DNA of 49,528 nt from Octopus bimaculoides. Its lineage: Eukaryota. The stretch covers positions 28,600,098 to 28,649,625 of the forward strand of contig NC_068998.1 in the NCBI RefSeq assembly GCF_001194135.2. Reading direction: 5' to 3'. This document shows, one piece after another, positions 1 to 11,913 of the stretch; the first letter of the stretch is position 1, and each line of letters starts with the position of its first letter. Position numbers and translations under genes: made by a program. A model generated the notes under the pieces. The model had not been told where the DNA came from and ran no database searches. It saw only the letters and a program-made list of their open reading frames with translations.

Positions 1-52
<52 letters not shown>
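1..52. repeat. (AT)n microsatellite
   Basis: Perfect AT dinucleotide run. Many further (AT)n, (CA)n/(GT)n and (CT)n runs occur across the window and are not listed individually. Confidence 0.99.
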
Positions 53-59
<7 letters not shown>

Positions 60-64
60 CATAC

Positions 65-316
65 ATGCAATGTTAATAGCTGTTCGAATATGCTAAAATC
101 ATGTTCAGACTTGTAAACAAGCTATTCACCATGTTTTGTCATGCTCCAAAATGCTTGCATCTCACAGACTGGATAGGTGGCACTGTGAGCTGATTTGGGT
201 GTATTTACAACATATGTCTACAGCGAGAAATTTTCTCCATGACAAAACACAGTGAATAGCTTGTTTACAAGTCCGAATGTGCTTTTAGCATATTTGAACT
301 GGTATTAACATTGCAT
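65..316. mobile_element. MITE-like element with ~79-bp imperfect terminal inverted repeats
   Basis: 65-143 (atgcaatgttaatagctgttcgaatatgctaaaa...gctattcaccatgttttgtcatg) is the near reverse complement of 238-316 (catgacaaaacacagtgaatagc...ttttagcatatttgaactggtattaacattgcat). Non-coding ~94-bp spacer. No clear TSD. Confidence 0.8.
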
Positions 317-461
317 TTCTTTAATTATAAAAAAATTTATAACTTTCTAAATTCCTTGCTTTGTATTTCACTTAGCTCTTCCTTCATTCCAAACCTTTCT
401 AAAACCTATTTCTTGATCTTTTTGTGATTTCTTACTGAAATATAACTTAATGGTATATATA

Positions 462-604
462 GGTGCAGGTGTGGCTATGTGGTAAGAAACTTGCTTCCTA
501 GTCATATAGTTCTGGGTTCAGTCCCACTGCATGTCACCTTGGGCAAGTGTCTTCTACTATAAGCCTTGTGAGTAGATTTGGCAGACATAAACTGAAAGAA
601 GCCT

Positions 605-639
<35 letters not shown>

Positions 640-844
640 CTGTGTTTGTCCTCCACCACTGCTTGATAACTGATGCTGGTATATTTATGTCCTATGAATT
701 AGCTGTTCAGCAAAAGTGACTGATAAAATAAGTACCAGGCTTTAAAAAAAGTACTGGGGTCAATTCATTTGACTAAAAATTCTTCAAGGTGGTGCCCCAG
801 AATGGCCATGGTCTAATGACTGAAACAAGTAAAAGATAAAGATA
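462..844 (+). mobile_element. tRNA-derived SINE (abundant octopus-type family)
   Basis: tRNA-like head (gtggctatgtggtaagaaacttgcttcc...ctgggttcagtcccactg), ttgggcaagtgtcttctactata core, internal (TG)n, ccccagaatggcc body and taaaaga tail. Homologous to copies at 4300-4700, 11854-12082 and 14014-14326. Confidence 0.85.
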
Positions 845-1339
845 TTTGATTGATGAGCACTATGCTCCCACATTTGCTGGAACAATTTCTTACTAAGTAG
901 TTTTAATTTGTGCTTTTTCAAAAACAATTTGGAACCTAGTTAAAAAACTTTTCTTTGCAAATGCTAAAGTATTGTTCTCTTAATACTTGATGATAACACT
1001 ATTGAAATGTCAGATTATTTGAAACAAATTTCCAATATTTTCTTTAAGTTCAATATTCCCACTGAGCAGTTTTCTAAGACAGTTTCTTTAACATGTGGAT
1101 TCATGACATCTTTGATATGTTGCTTCCTTGTCACATCTGCTGTATACAATCTTTATTGATAGTCTTAGCTGTTTTTTCACCTATTGTTTGACTGGTTTAT
1201 GTAGTGATATAAATTACTTTCAGTATTAAACTTAACAGAAAGTAGTTTAGATGGAGGTGAGGTGGGCTTGGCATGAATCAGCAATCACAAAAATGTCAGA
1301 TTTTGTCAGTATTGTATAAGGGTCTTGATTTAATACTTT

Positions 1340-1541
1340 TTGCTTGTTTAAGCCATTAGACTGCAGCCATGCTGGAGCACCACCTTGAAGAATTTTTAGT
1401 TGAATAAATCGACCCCAATACTTATTCTTTTAGTCTTAAGCCTGGTACTACTAATACTGGTCTTTTTCTCTGAATTGCTAAGTTACAGGGATGTAAACAC
1501 ACCAACACCAGTTGTTAAGTGGTAGTGGAGGACAAACACAG

Positions 1542-1572
<31 letters not shown>
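1340..1572 (-). mobile_element. SINE 3' half, same family, reverse orientation
   Basis: Reverse complement of the SINE body (gccatgctggagcaccacct...gaccccaatacttattc...ggacaaacac) followed by (CA)n. Confidence 0.8.
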
Positions 1573-1580
<8 letters not shown>

Positions 1581-1720
1581 TGGTAGGCTATAAGTCATGC
1601 ACAAAATAAGTTCAAAATGCTCTGGAATTTTCCAGGACATGGTTCAATTTTTCTAAAATTGAGTAAAATAAATAAAATAATGATGAATACACATTTACAT
1701 GATGAATAAAATTAATGATG

Positions 1721-1773
<53 letters not shown>
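1721..1773 (+). repeat. (TAA)n microsatellite abutting a Dong/R4-like fragment
   Basis: Perfect TAA run. Confidence 0.97.
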
Positions 1774-1774
<1 letters not shown>

Positions 1775-2100
1775 GAAGAACATGTATGATAATTAACATA
1801 GCATGCCCCAGTGACATGATCAATGTGAAAAGAAAAAAGAAACAACTTTAACAATTTAAAGGGGGAAATACGATGATTGCTGTCAATGAAGAGAGTAGAA
1901 TTGACATCAATAGTAATTGGTGCACTTGGAAGTATCAGCACTCAGCTACCAACATGGCTGAAAAAGATTGGTGCAAGTGTGAAAGTAGAACACCTACAAA
2001 AATTAGCATTGCTTGGAACTGCAAAAATTCTTCTCAGGATTCTTGAAGCATGACCAGTAAACAAGTGTCTTGAAGCATGACCAGTAAACAAGTGTCTGCT
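1774..2100 (+). mobile_element. 3' fragment of an R4/Dong-like non-LTR retrotransposon (restriction-like endonuclease domain and 3' end)
   Basis: Translates, with one frameshift and stops, as CMIINIACPSD...(K)GEIR*LLSMKRVELTSIVIGALGSISTQLPTWLKKIGASVKVEHLQKLALLGTAKILLRILEA* (1901-2053 open). This fits the D-I-A-x-P-x-D, IVIGALG and LQKxALLGTAxILR motifs of REL-type elements. A 27-bp tandem duplication lies at about 2042-2095. Confidence 0.8.
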
Positions 2101-2624
2101 GGCTGCTAAAGTATTGTTCTTATAATACTTGATAACACTATTGAAATGTATTTAGTTTATCAACCCCGAAAGGATGAAAAGTAAAGTCGAGCCTGGTGGA
2201 AATTGAATAATAATATTAATAATGTAATATGAATATAATAGCAAATGTTTCAGCACATGACTTTTGGCCAAACCCAACACACACACACACACACAGTTCA
2301 CAGATGAGATCCAGATATTCTCTGTACAGAGAAACACTTAATAGTGCTCAAAAGATTCAAACTTAGACTCCAATGTCTTTACAGGGGATCATTCCACAAG
2401 GTAAAGAATGGCTATAAGAGGGATTAGGTTGAGCGAATATAGAAGTAATTATGGGGATAAGCAAATTAGTCACATCAAATATAAAATATATTAAGTACAT
2501 CAAATGCAAAATATGTATATATGTATTTATGCAAAACAAGAAAAAGCAAAAGGTGGAAATTTTCAGATGAAGGATGAATTTCTATGTATAAATATACATA
2601 CATACATATATAAAACTGAGAATA

Positions 2625-2870
2625 TGTGTTTATCTGTCTGTATGTGTGCATCACTATAACTCGAGAACTATCCAACTGATTTCATTCAAATTTTACACAC
2701 GCCTTAGTTAGGGTCCATGCAATGTCATGGGCCCAAACATTTTTCAGCTTCTTGCCTAATGTGAGCCCAGAGCAATCTCGTATCTCTTACACTATTTCAG
2801 TATTACATGTCAAAAGTGAAACAATAACGTCTTTATTGTAATGTGAGATACTTTCAGTTTAATACTTTCA
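2625..2870 (+). mobile_element. Possible Helentron/HINE-like non-autonomous fragment
   Basis: ctgtctgtatgt microsatellite followed by ataactcgagaac...actgatttcattcaaattttacacac, which resembles the DINE-1/HINE-type signature. Recognised by pattern only. Confidence 0.4.
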
Positions 2871-2917
2871 GTTTAATACTTTCACACACACACACACATG
2901 TATATATATTATGTATA

Positions 2918-2966
<49 letters not shown>

Positions 2967-4091
2967 ATTTTAATGGAGATAAGGCTCCAGTATATAGTAG
3001 AACTGTTTTTTCGCTCCTATATGAGCTAAAGATTAATAAAATTTGGTATAAGATAAAGATTTCAGATATTAGTCTTAAACATTCAGACAGGCAAATTCAT
3101 AATCCAGATGTATGCCATGAGATATTATTCCATTCAAATAACCACATATTTATATTAAGACATAGATGATAAAAATATAGAAATATAAGAATATAAACAT
3201 AAAAAATATAAGGAGTAACATGACAAATATAAGTGTATACTTGCATACATATACATCCATGTGTGTATGTGTAGAAGTATAAACATACACGCTTACTTAC
3301 ACATATACACAGATGCACACATACAAATACATATGCATGCCTACAATACAGACATTCACATAAAAACATATCTAGATCCTAACGTGTATATACACACAAG
3401 TTTTTTTTTAAATTGCTGAGTATATAGTAATAAAAATCGGATAAAGGACATGCAAAATGAAACACCATATATCGAATTATCTATAAATATAACGATTAAA
3501 TGGGTTTGTAAAATACAATAAAATGGAATAAAAATTAAATCTTAAACATGAGAATAATATATACATATAACAGTCGAAAGTTTTCTTAAATACGTCAAAA
3601 TATATACAATATCTTTGCGATGCGAAATAAACCATACATTACAAAATACAAATCGAACAGTGGGAGTGAAAACTAGTTCAAGATTCCAAAAATATATACT
3701 ATCCATATAATATTTTGTCAGCTGACATTTTAAATTTTGTTGCGTGTCTGCAGAAATTCAAGAGTTTGCGTCTTTGATTCAAAGTGCTATTGTCCTGGAA
3801 TAAAATATAGAATTTTATTATATATATATATATATATATATATGTTCATCCTCTAGTTCCTTATGTACTTTGTACTTCTATATGTAAACCATGTTGGCAA
3901 AATAACATAGTCTACCATAGACACCTGTGCTTTGGTTCTTTCTTCCTGTTTCTTTTCTTCCTTTTTTTGTCACTTTTGCTATGAATTAAATTAATGAATT
4001 CAACGGGATACACCGTCTGCAAGTAGTTGGGTTCTGCATATTATCCTCCATTTTCTAATTGTTATATATATATATATATATATTCATGTAT

Positions 4092-4299
4092 CAAGACCCC
4101 CTTCGGTCATGAATGACCATGAGATTGCACCTAGAAAGTTACCCTCCGATGCACAAGTCCGGACAAGGTTGTTTATGGAAGGCCAGCAGTCGCCCATGCA
4201 TACCAGCCTCCCCTCTCCACACCACTAATGTTATCCAAGGGAAAGACAAAGGCCGATACAGCTTTGCATCAGTGATGTTGCAGCTCATATCTACAGCTG
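4092..4299 (-). mobile_element. 3' portion of a second SINE family, reverse orientation, truncated by the next SINE
   Basis: catgaatgaccatgagattgcacctagaaag...cagtcgcccatgcataccagcctcccctctcc...ctacagctg, recognised as a common cephalopod repeat body. Ends abruptly at the next SINE head. Confidence 0.6.
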
Positions 4300-4700
4300 T
4301 GTGACTGTGTGGTAAGTAGCTTGCTTGTCAATCACATGGTTCTGGGTTCAGCCCTACTGTGTGGCACCTTGGGCAATTGTCTTCTACTACAGCCTCAGGC
4401 CATCCAAAGCCTTGTGAGTGAATTTGGTAGATGGAAACTGAAAGAAGCCCGTCGTATATATGTGTGTTTGTGTGTGAGTGTGTATGTTTGTGTGTCTGTG
4501 TTTGTCCCCACCACCATTGTTTGACAACCGATGCTGGTGTGCTTACGTCCCCGTAACATAGCAGTTCAGCAAAATAGACTGATAGAATAAGTACTAGGCT
4601 TACAAAGAATAAGTCCTGGGGTCGATTTGCTCAATTAAAGGTGGTGCTCCAGCATGGCCGCAGTCAAATGACTGAAACAACTAAAAGAATAAAAGAATAT
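4300..4700 (+). mobile_element. Full-length tRNA-derived SINE
   Basis: Head gtggtaagtagcttgctt...ggttctgggttcagcc, (TG)n, body cctggggtcgattt...ggtgctccagcatggccgcagtc, and (taaaagaa)2 tail. Confidence 0.87.
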
Positions 4701-5341
4701 CTATATTTATGCATATATAGATATATGTATGTATGTATGTTTGTATGTTTGTATACATATATATATAACAAATGAAAGAGAGAAGATGGAATATACAAGA
4801 TTTTATTATTAATCAGGACAATTGTTTCGAAACATCTAGCATCGATTCCCCTTGGGTGGGACACTCAACAGCTGGTTCAGGAGCATCCGGTGGTGCAGAT
4901 GTATCTTGTTGGCAATAAATGTATAAAAACAACTCGTTAAAATGACTGTTCCACAAGTACCTTTCCGTTTTGTAGAGAGAAAACAGCCAGATAGTGGGAA
5001 AATCTTCATATATATAGAGGATCAAAAATAAAATTTCAGATGGCAAAAAGAGAAACGAACACATAATCTAGCGAGAAAAATATTGAAAATAACCGTTAAT
5101 AGATATGGATGTATAAACGCCACACACTCATCAAGCATCAGCAAAAATGTGAGCATACGCACACGCGAGATTTGCTGCATTCATGATCACAAAGTGAGTT
5201 AGTTATTTACTTGATGTTTATAAGCTTGGGGAGGGGGGGGGTAAAAATAAACTTAAGTCATCCATACCTTAAATTAAATTAAATTAAGTTAACGGTTACT
5301 CAAAATTCATTCTCACTACATTGTGCAAAAGTACATTTATA

Positions 5342-5635
5342 TGCGTATAGGCATCTCGATAGTCATTCAGAAATTCTGTTTATTATCTTCACATTAATCC
5401 ACAGAATAGACAGGGATTCCTTGGAGCAGAGACGGCATCTCCTGGAAATTATATTGTATTGTTTCGCATGTCTAACTATGGACCAATTAATGTTGTACTT
5501 CATTTTACCCTCCTTCAGTCGTCATACAAAATCTGCCAAAGATGTTGAATGTCTCTTATTGATTAACTTAGAGCTGGCAACATGGTTATGATAATGGTTC
5601 TTAAATGACTCAGCCGTCTGGCCAGTGTAGACATG
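5342..5635 (-). mobile_element. Penelope-like element, GIY-YIG endonuclease C-terminal fragment
   Basis: Minus-strand translation HVYTGQTAESFKNHYHNHVASSKLINKRHSTSLADFV*RLKEGKMKYNINWSIVRHAKQYNIISRRCRLCSKESLSILW...INRISE*LSRC. This matches the PLE pattern YxGxT..FKxRY.NH...STxL...W.I.......C.LC..E...I. Confidence 0.75.
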
Positions 5636-6203
5636 GGGCCCTCCCCTTGTGTGCACGGTACATTTATATACAAGATTTGTACTCATACAGAGATTCATCA
5701 AAGGACATTTTCATTTATCTCTGCATGAGCATTTATCGTATTTATTTGTATATTAGACAGTCCCCACTCTATTTACCAATGTTGTTACCGTGTTAGCTGT
5801 GCCTTAAGTATTTCTACTACTACTGATTGATCAAGTGGAAGACACCTGCCCAAGGTGCCATGCACTGGGGCTGAACCTGGAACCATGTGATTGGGTAGTG
5901 AGCTTCTTAGCACACAGCCATATCTGCGTCTAATGTTTGGAATTATATAATAAATTATAGTGGATCTTTAGTTTGCATTTTATTTCCTTTTAGGGTTTTC
6001 TTATATGTTTTTGTCAAAAATGTTGGGAATATCTTAGGGAAATATTAGTGAATGGCCTGTGTTTCTATGTGTATCTTGAAGCTGAAATATAGCTGCTGAT
6101 TTGTGCATTATTTATTTTGCTATAACACTCACATACACTATAATACATATCATTAGCATCATTGCTGTCATCATCATCACCCTCTACTGTGAATATAGTG
6201 AAT

Positions 6204-6253
<50 letters not shown>

Positions 6254-6773
6254 TATATTCCTGAACTTGACATCGACACCAATTAAAAAAAAGTACCCAT
6301 TACAAGATATATCAAGTTGAATGTAATATAGCATCCATATTTATTCAAGAATCCTTACAGGAAAATTAGTTTTCCACAAACCAAAGCTGATTATCGAAGG
6401 AAAATAAAATTTGTTTTCTTTGACAATCATCTTTGTTTTGTAAAACAGAATTATTGCTGTAAGGATTCTTGAATTAAATCTGTAAATGATACATACATAC
6501 ACACATAAATATAACCATCTGTGTACCATACTAAATGTATGACACATACTGTCAGAGGACATGAGACTGTGCAATTGTCTGTGACAAACTGTTTTCATAG
6601 ACTTGTATAATAATACAATACATATCAGAGCAACAACAACAGATGACTCGCAAGAACAACAGATGCTTTTCATCTTTCTATGAAGAGATTTTTATCTTAG
6701 ACAATTCCACTGCATCATGTTTCTAGTGGTATTTATTAGTTTAGTACGATATATACACACACACACACACACA

Positions 6774-8302
6774 CACTGAACCACAAAAGAAACGCGATTT
6801 TTTCAAATATCATTCTTATATGGTAAATTCTGAAAATTTATTTCAGGGGTGTAAGTGTAAATATTCCAAGGCATGCTGGTTTATGGCTGAGACCAAATTA
6901 CAGGTAACCTTTCAGCTTTCTCTGAAATGAGATGCCAAAGCACAGCTGTGTTGAATGCTGTGGGTGGCAGTCACAAACAATTGTCATGGAAACTGAAATG
7001 CATGTGCATCTTGTGGAGGTTATGGGTATAAAAATCAACTTGAAATGTGTTCCTGGCATTCGTAATTTGGAAGTGTCAAGTATGACCCAATTGTCAGCAG
7101 TACAGAGAGAACAAGCTATTGGCTGATTGCAAGCAGGGCAGCGTGCCCTGGTTGTTGCAAAAGCTTACAATGTCCATGTCAGCACCATCTATCGCCTGCA
7201 ACAGTGATACAACATCACCAACAGCACTGCAGACCGTGCCTGCAGAGGGCGCCTGTGAGTGACCATGCCCAGGCAGGACCACTTCATCCACCTGCAACAC
7301 CTCCTTGATCACTTCAGACCAGCCAACATGACAGCTCGTGGGACCATTGGCACTGGACAGCAACCCATCTGCAACAACACGGCCGCCAACAACTTGCGTT
7401 ACCATTGTCCTGCTCGAAGGCCTGTTCTCATCACCTGCCACCATCAGGCACGACTACAGTGGGCTACACAGCACTGACATTGGCGGCATCAACAATGGAG
7501 GTCGATAGTCTTCTCTCACAAGAGCTGGTACTGTGTTTTCACCTCAGATGGCAGAGTGAGGGTGTAGCATAGGAGGGATGAGCGCTACAGAGATGCATGT
7601 ATCATGGAGAGAAATGCGTGGGGTGGCCAAAACATCATGGTTTGGGGTGCTATAGTCCTGAATCAGAGAATTGGGTCCCATGTGTTCCAAAATGTCGATG
7701 CAGGCAGAAGGAATGGTGTCACAGCACAGCGCTATGTTGACCAGATCCTAAGACCTCACATCATGCCCATCTTCATGCATCACTTTGGCCACATGTTCCA
7801 GCAGGACAATGCCCCCTCCTACACCCACACGGCCAAGGTCAACATGGACTACCTGCATCAGCACAACATCAGAACCATTCCGTGCCCGACTCTCAGCCCG
7901 GATTTGAACTCAATTGAACACCTGTGGGATGAAATCCAAAGATGACTGAAGCAGGTGGTCTCAAGGCTAACAACTCGTGTGGAACTGGAGGCAACTTTCC
8001 TCAGGATGTAAGCACAGGTACCAATGAATTTTGTGAACTGCCTCATACACTCCATGTATCGATGGTGTATGGCTGTTTTGAACACCCAGGGAGGGCATGC
8101 ACAGTGTTGAACATGTCATGCCCTACAATCTCTATGTGCTGGATCCAACCACTACCAGAACACATGACAACAACCCATAGACTGGTCAAAGTGCATCTAA
8201 GAAATTGACTTCATCAGATTTATCAAAATTTATTTCTGACATAATGAAATTAAAACATATTTCACAGTCACACAAATCTCGCATTTCTGTTGCGGTTCAG
8301 TG
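6774..8302 (+). mobile_element. Full-length decayed Tc1-family DNA transposon (~1.53 kb)
   Basis: TIRs cactgaaccacaaaagaaacgcga (from 6774) and tcgcatttctgttgcggttcagtg (to 8302). TA at 8303-8304. Internal transposase pseudogene. Confidence 0.93.
7082..8110 (+). pseudogene. Tc1 (DD34E) transposase pseudogene, single frame with ~7 premature stops
   Basis: MTQLSAVQREQAIG*LQAG (HTH); VFSHKS (FSDES mutated); GGQNIMVWGAI; FQQDNAP; SPDLNSIEHLWDEI. ORF-track pieces 7259-7477 and 7604-7945 share the frame of the ATG at 7082. Confidence 0.92.
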
Positions 8303-8384
8303 TATATGGCAAGTTTAATTTAATGTTATTTCAAATGAGTATACATACATGCATACATACTGCTGGTGTTATTATCTTTTACTA

Positions 8385-8609
8385 GCATTTACAGGTTTGT
8401 CATTTGACTGTGGCCAAGTTGGGGCTCCAGGACTTATTATTTTTCTTTTTATGTCTAATACTTATTCTGTTGGTCTCTTTTGCTAAACTGCTAAGTTACA
8501 GGAATGTAAACACACTAGCACTGGTTGTCAAGTGGTGATGGGTTGACAAACACAGACACACAGACACAGACACAGACACACACACATAACAACACACACA
8601 CTCACACAT

Positions 8610-8660
<51 letters not shown>

Positions 8661-8785
8661 CACCATATACACATACTTACACACACACACATTGGTCAGC
8701 CCAAGGCTATAGTAGAAGACACTTGCCCATGTGGAACTGAAACCAGTACCATGTGGTTGGGAAGCAAGCTTCTTACTACACATAT
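8385..8785 (-). mobile_element. tRNA-derived SINE, reverse orientation, with expanded (CA)n
   Basis: Reverse complement of the head (gctatagtagaagacacttgccca...ccatgtggttgggaagcaagcttcttactac) and of the body. Confidence 0.8.
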
Positions 8786-8807
8786 GTATCTACAGTTATT
8801 TTCAACA

Positions 8808-8859
<52 letters not shown>

Positions 8860-8887
8860 TGCATCATGCATGCATGTATGTGTGTGT

Positions 8888-10810
8888 CAGATTTTATGGC
8901 TCAAATTGGAGATGGAAAGGGTGAAGTGCCCATGAACTTGGTAAACCTTCAACTAACTGTAACCAAACTTCTTCCACCTCACTCCTTCAACCTTTCATCT
9001 CATTTCCAGACTTACATCCATTGGAATAAGACAACAATACTTTACTCGCACCATACGTATTTGTTGTGGATCATTGTTGATCAACCACTGTCAGATTTAC
9101 CTAAAATTCAAGATGTTTGGGTTGAAATCAGCAAGTGGAACTGAAGGCAGCAGTGCATAAAAGAACAGTAAAAGGATTATGTTAGATATTAACTTTGATG
9201 TTTTAAAAAGGTTTAATGTTGGAGAATAAAATCAACCACATTGCCAAAACATTAAAGTTTGCAACATCTAAATGGAAATAATACCTGACAATATGGAGAA
9301 AATAAAGTACTCAAGAAGTTATTCCATTAACTACTTGGAGCTTATATTTTCGTAGATCTAATATGATACTTAAAATGGGATGGCTTTGGAGTGTATGAAT
9401 TGAAGATGGAATTTGACATACTGTGCTGATAAGCATGATGGAAATTTTAAAAAATGTCAAAAAGTTTGTATGATGAATTGCTGCAAAAAGAAGGTGAAAT
9501 TTCTAATGGAAAATCTGTGACTAAAAAAAGCTGGTTTGAAAGGTGTAAGAAGTGTTTTAATTTGTACAGCATAAAAAAATGACAGGTGAAGCCGCCAGCA
9601 TTCATACAAAGACTGATGCTAATTATCCTTAACAGCTGTTTTGCTGAAGGAAACTGAACATCAGAGCAAGTATACATGTTGATGAAACTGCACTTATCTG
9701 GAAGGTTATGCCTGCTTAAGCTAAGTTCATTTTTCATCTTGGGAAGAAAAATCAACAAGACTTAAATTTTCCAAAAATCTCTGATGATTCTTCTGGAAGG
9801 AAATACCATTGGTGATATGAAGTTAAAACCCCTTCTTGTGTATCATTCCAAAAATCCATGGGCTATGAAGAGTTATACAAAATTAAGGATTTAGCATTCG
9901 AATCAGAAGACATGAATTTAAATAAGCTTCATGATACTTTATTTTCTCTATATTGTCAGGTATTATTTTCATTTAGATGTTGCAAGCTTTAATGTTTCGG
10001 CAATGTGGCTGATTTTATTCTCCAACATCAAAGTTAATATCCAACATAATCCTTTTACTGTTCTTTTATGCACTGCTGCCTTCAGTTCCACTTGATGGCT
10101 TCTATTTGGATAGAATTTTGGATATTAACATCTTGGATATTAACATCTTGAATTTTGGATCCCCAAGTATACAACTTCTTTGCTCCAGCAAGATTAAGAA
10201 TTAAGGCATGATAACTAACTCCCAGACATCTTATGAAAGCAATGCACAGAGAGGTTAATGCTACAATCAGAGACTTCTGGAAGGTGTTCAACATAACAGA
10301 TACTGTATATAATAGCAGGGTCTCAAGATGAAGTGAAACCCTTGACTTTGAACAGTGCTTGGAAAACTATGTAGCCATCCTGTACCTATGAATTACAAGT
10401 TTTTCACATGCAGAAAGCTGACATCAAATTTAGAATATTGTGACTCATACAAAGGCTAAAGAGTTTGAAGATATCAGAGGATGATATGATTGAATTGCTA
10501 GCATCCCAAGAGAGGAGCTGATACTGTTAGAACAAAACCAAACTGAGAATACAGATGAGAATATGAAAATCTCACCAACACCACTTAAAATGACTGCAAA
10601 AATTATTGCTAAAGGTGGGCACTTTAGAAGGCCTGCCAGTTTTTTCCTAATAAGAATGTTAATTGTGAAATTACTATAGGAGTCTGTAATAAGTTCAGTT
10701 GAAACACTCATATGCACAAAGAGATGATGCATCATAAACATGATGTGCCATAAACATCAAAGAATTTTGAATTAAAATCTTCACCCCTCAATTAGATGTC
10801 GATGAAACTG
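8888..10810 (+). mobile_element. Decayed Tigger/pogo-like DNA transposon with internal inverted duplication
   Basis: Fragments SWFERCKKCFNLYSIK-MTGEAAS, VDETALIWKVMP, GNTIGDMKLKPLLVYHSKNP and TIRDFWKVFNI...DEVKPLTLNSAWK. Ends are tentative (weakly similar cag...gggtgaag termini). Confidence 0.75.
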
Positions 10811-11251
10811 AACCATTAAATAGAAGACAATGTTTCTCATCCACACAGTAACTCATTACATAACCACTTTCTCTCACATAGTAGTCAATATCTTTTCTTG
10901 GTGAAACCTACTTTATTACGATATTACAATTCATATTTAATCTCTAATGTATTTTTCTTTTCAAGTGTTTTCATATTTATTGTACTCTTTATGTCTAGAA
11001 GTTGTTATTTTCAGGCATCAAAGAGGTATCACTTCTTTTAGTGGGTTTTCTTTTGTGTGTGTGAGAGTTTTTTATTTTCCTTCTTGTTTTGAAAACAAAT
11101 CTGTTGAAATACATTATAACTTTATAACTTAAAAGTCAATGAGAAAATAATTTCATGCTATGAGATTTTGTGTTACGACAATTTTTTCAAGAATGCATTA
11201 ATCCCATAACATGGTGGATTCTAATATGTACTGATGCAGATCTCTCTCTCA

Positions 11252-11312
<61 letters not shown>

Positions 11313-11342
11313 TATATATATATTGACATATATATATATATA

Positions 11343-11853
11343 NNNNNNNNNNNNNNNNNNNNNNNNNNNNNNNNNNNNNNNNNNNNNNNNNNNNNNNNNN
11401 NNNNNNNNNNNNNNNNNNNNNNNNNNNNNNNNNNNNNNNNNNNNNNNNNNNNNNNNNNNNNNNNNNNNNNNNNNNNNNNNNNNNNNNNNNNNNNNNNNNN
11501 NNNNNNNNNNNNNNNNNNNNNNNNNNNNNNNNNNNNNNNNNNNNNNNNNNNNNNNNNNNNNNNNNNNNNNNNNNNNNNNNNNNNNNNNNNNNNNNNNNNN
11601 NNNNNNNNNNNNNNNNNNNNNNNNNNNNNNNNNNNNNNNNNNNNNNNNNNNNNNNNNNNNNNNNNNNNNNNNNNNNNNNNNNNNNNNNNNNNNNNNNNNN
11701 NNNNNNNNNNNNNNNNNNNNNNNNNNNNNNNNNNNNNNNNNNNNNNNNNNNNNNNNNNNNNNNNNNNNNNNNNNNNNNNNNNNNNNNNNNNNNNNNNNNN
11801 NNNNNNNNNNNNNNNNNNNNNNNNNNNNNNNNNNNNNNNNNNNNNNNNNNNNN
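11343..11853. other. Assembly gap (N). Other gaps at 12184-12193, 13417-13832, 45082-45159 and 47695-47829
   Basis: N runs, four of the five flanked by microsatellites. Confidence 0.99.

Positions 11854-11913
<60 letters not shown>

Noticed and set aside
10991-11025. MSRSCYFQASK+AG|gtatca (phase 2), or an 11-nt microexon at 11015-11025
   Set aside because: Weak donor and short frame, with no supporting context; expected by chance.
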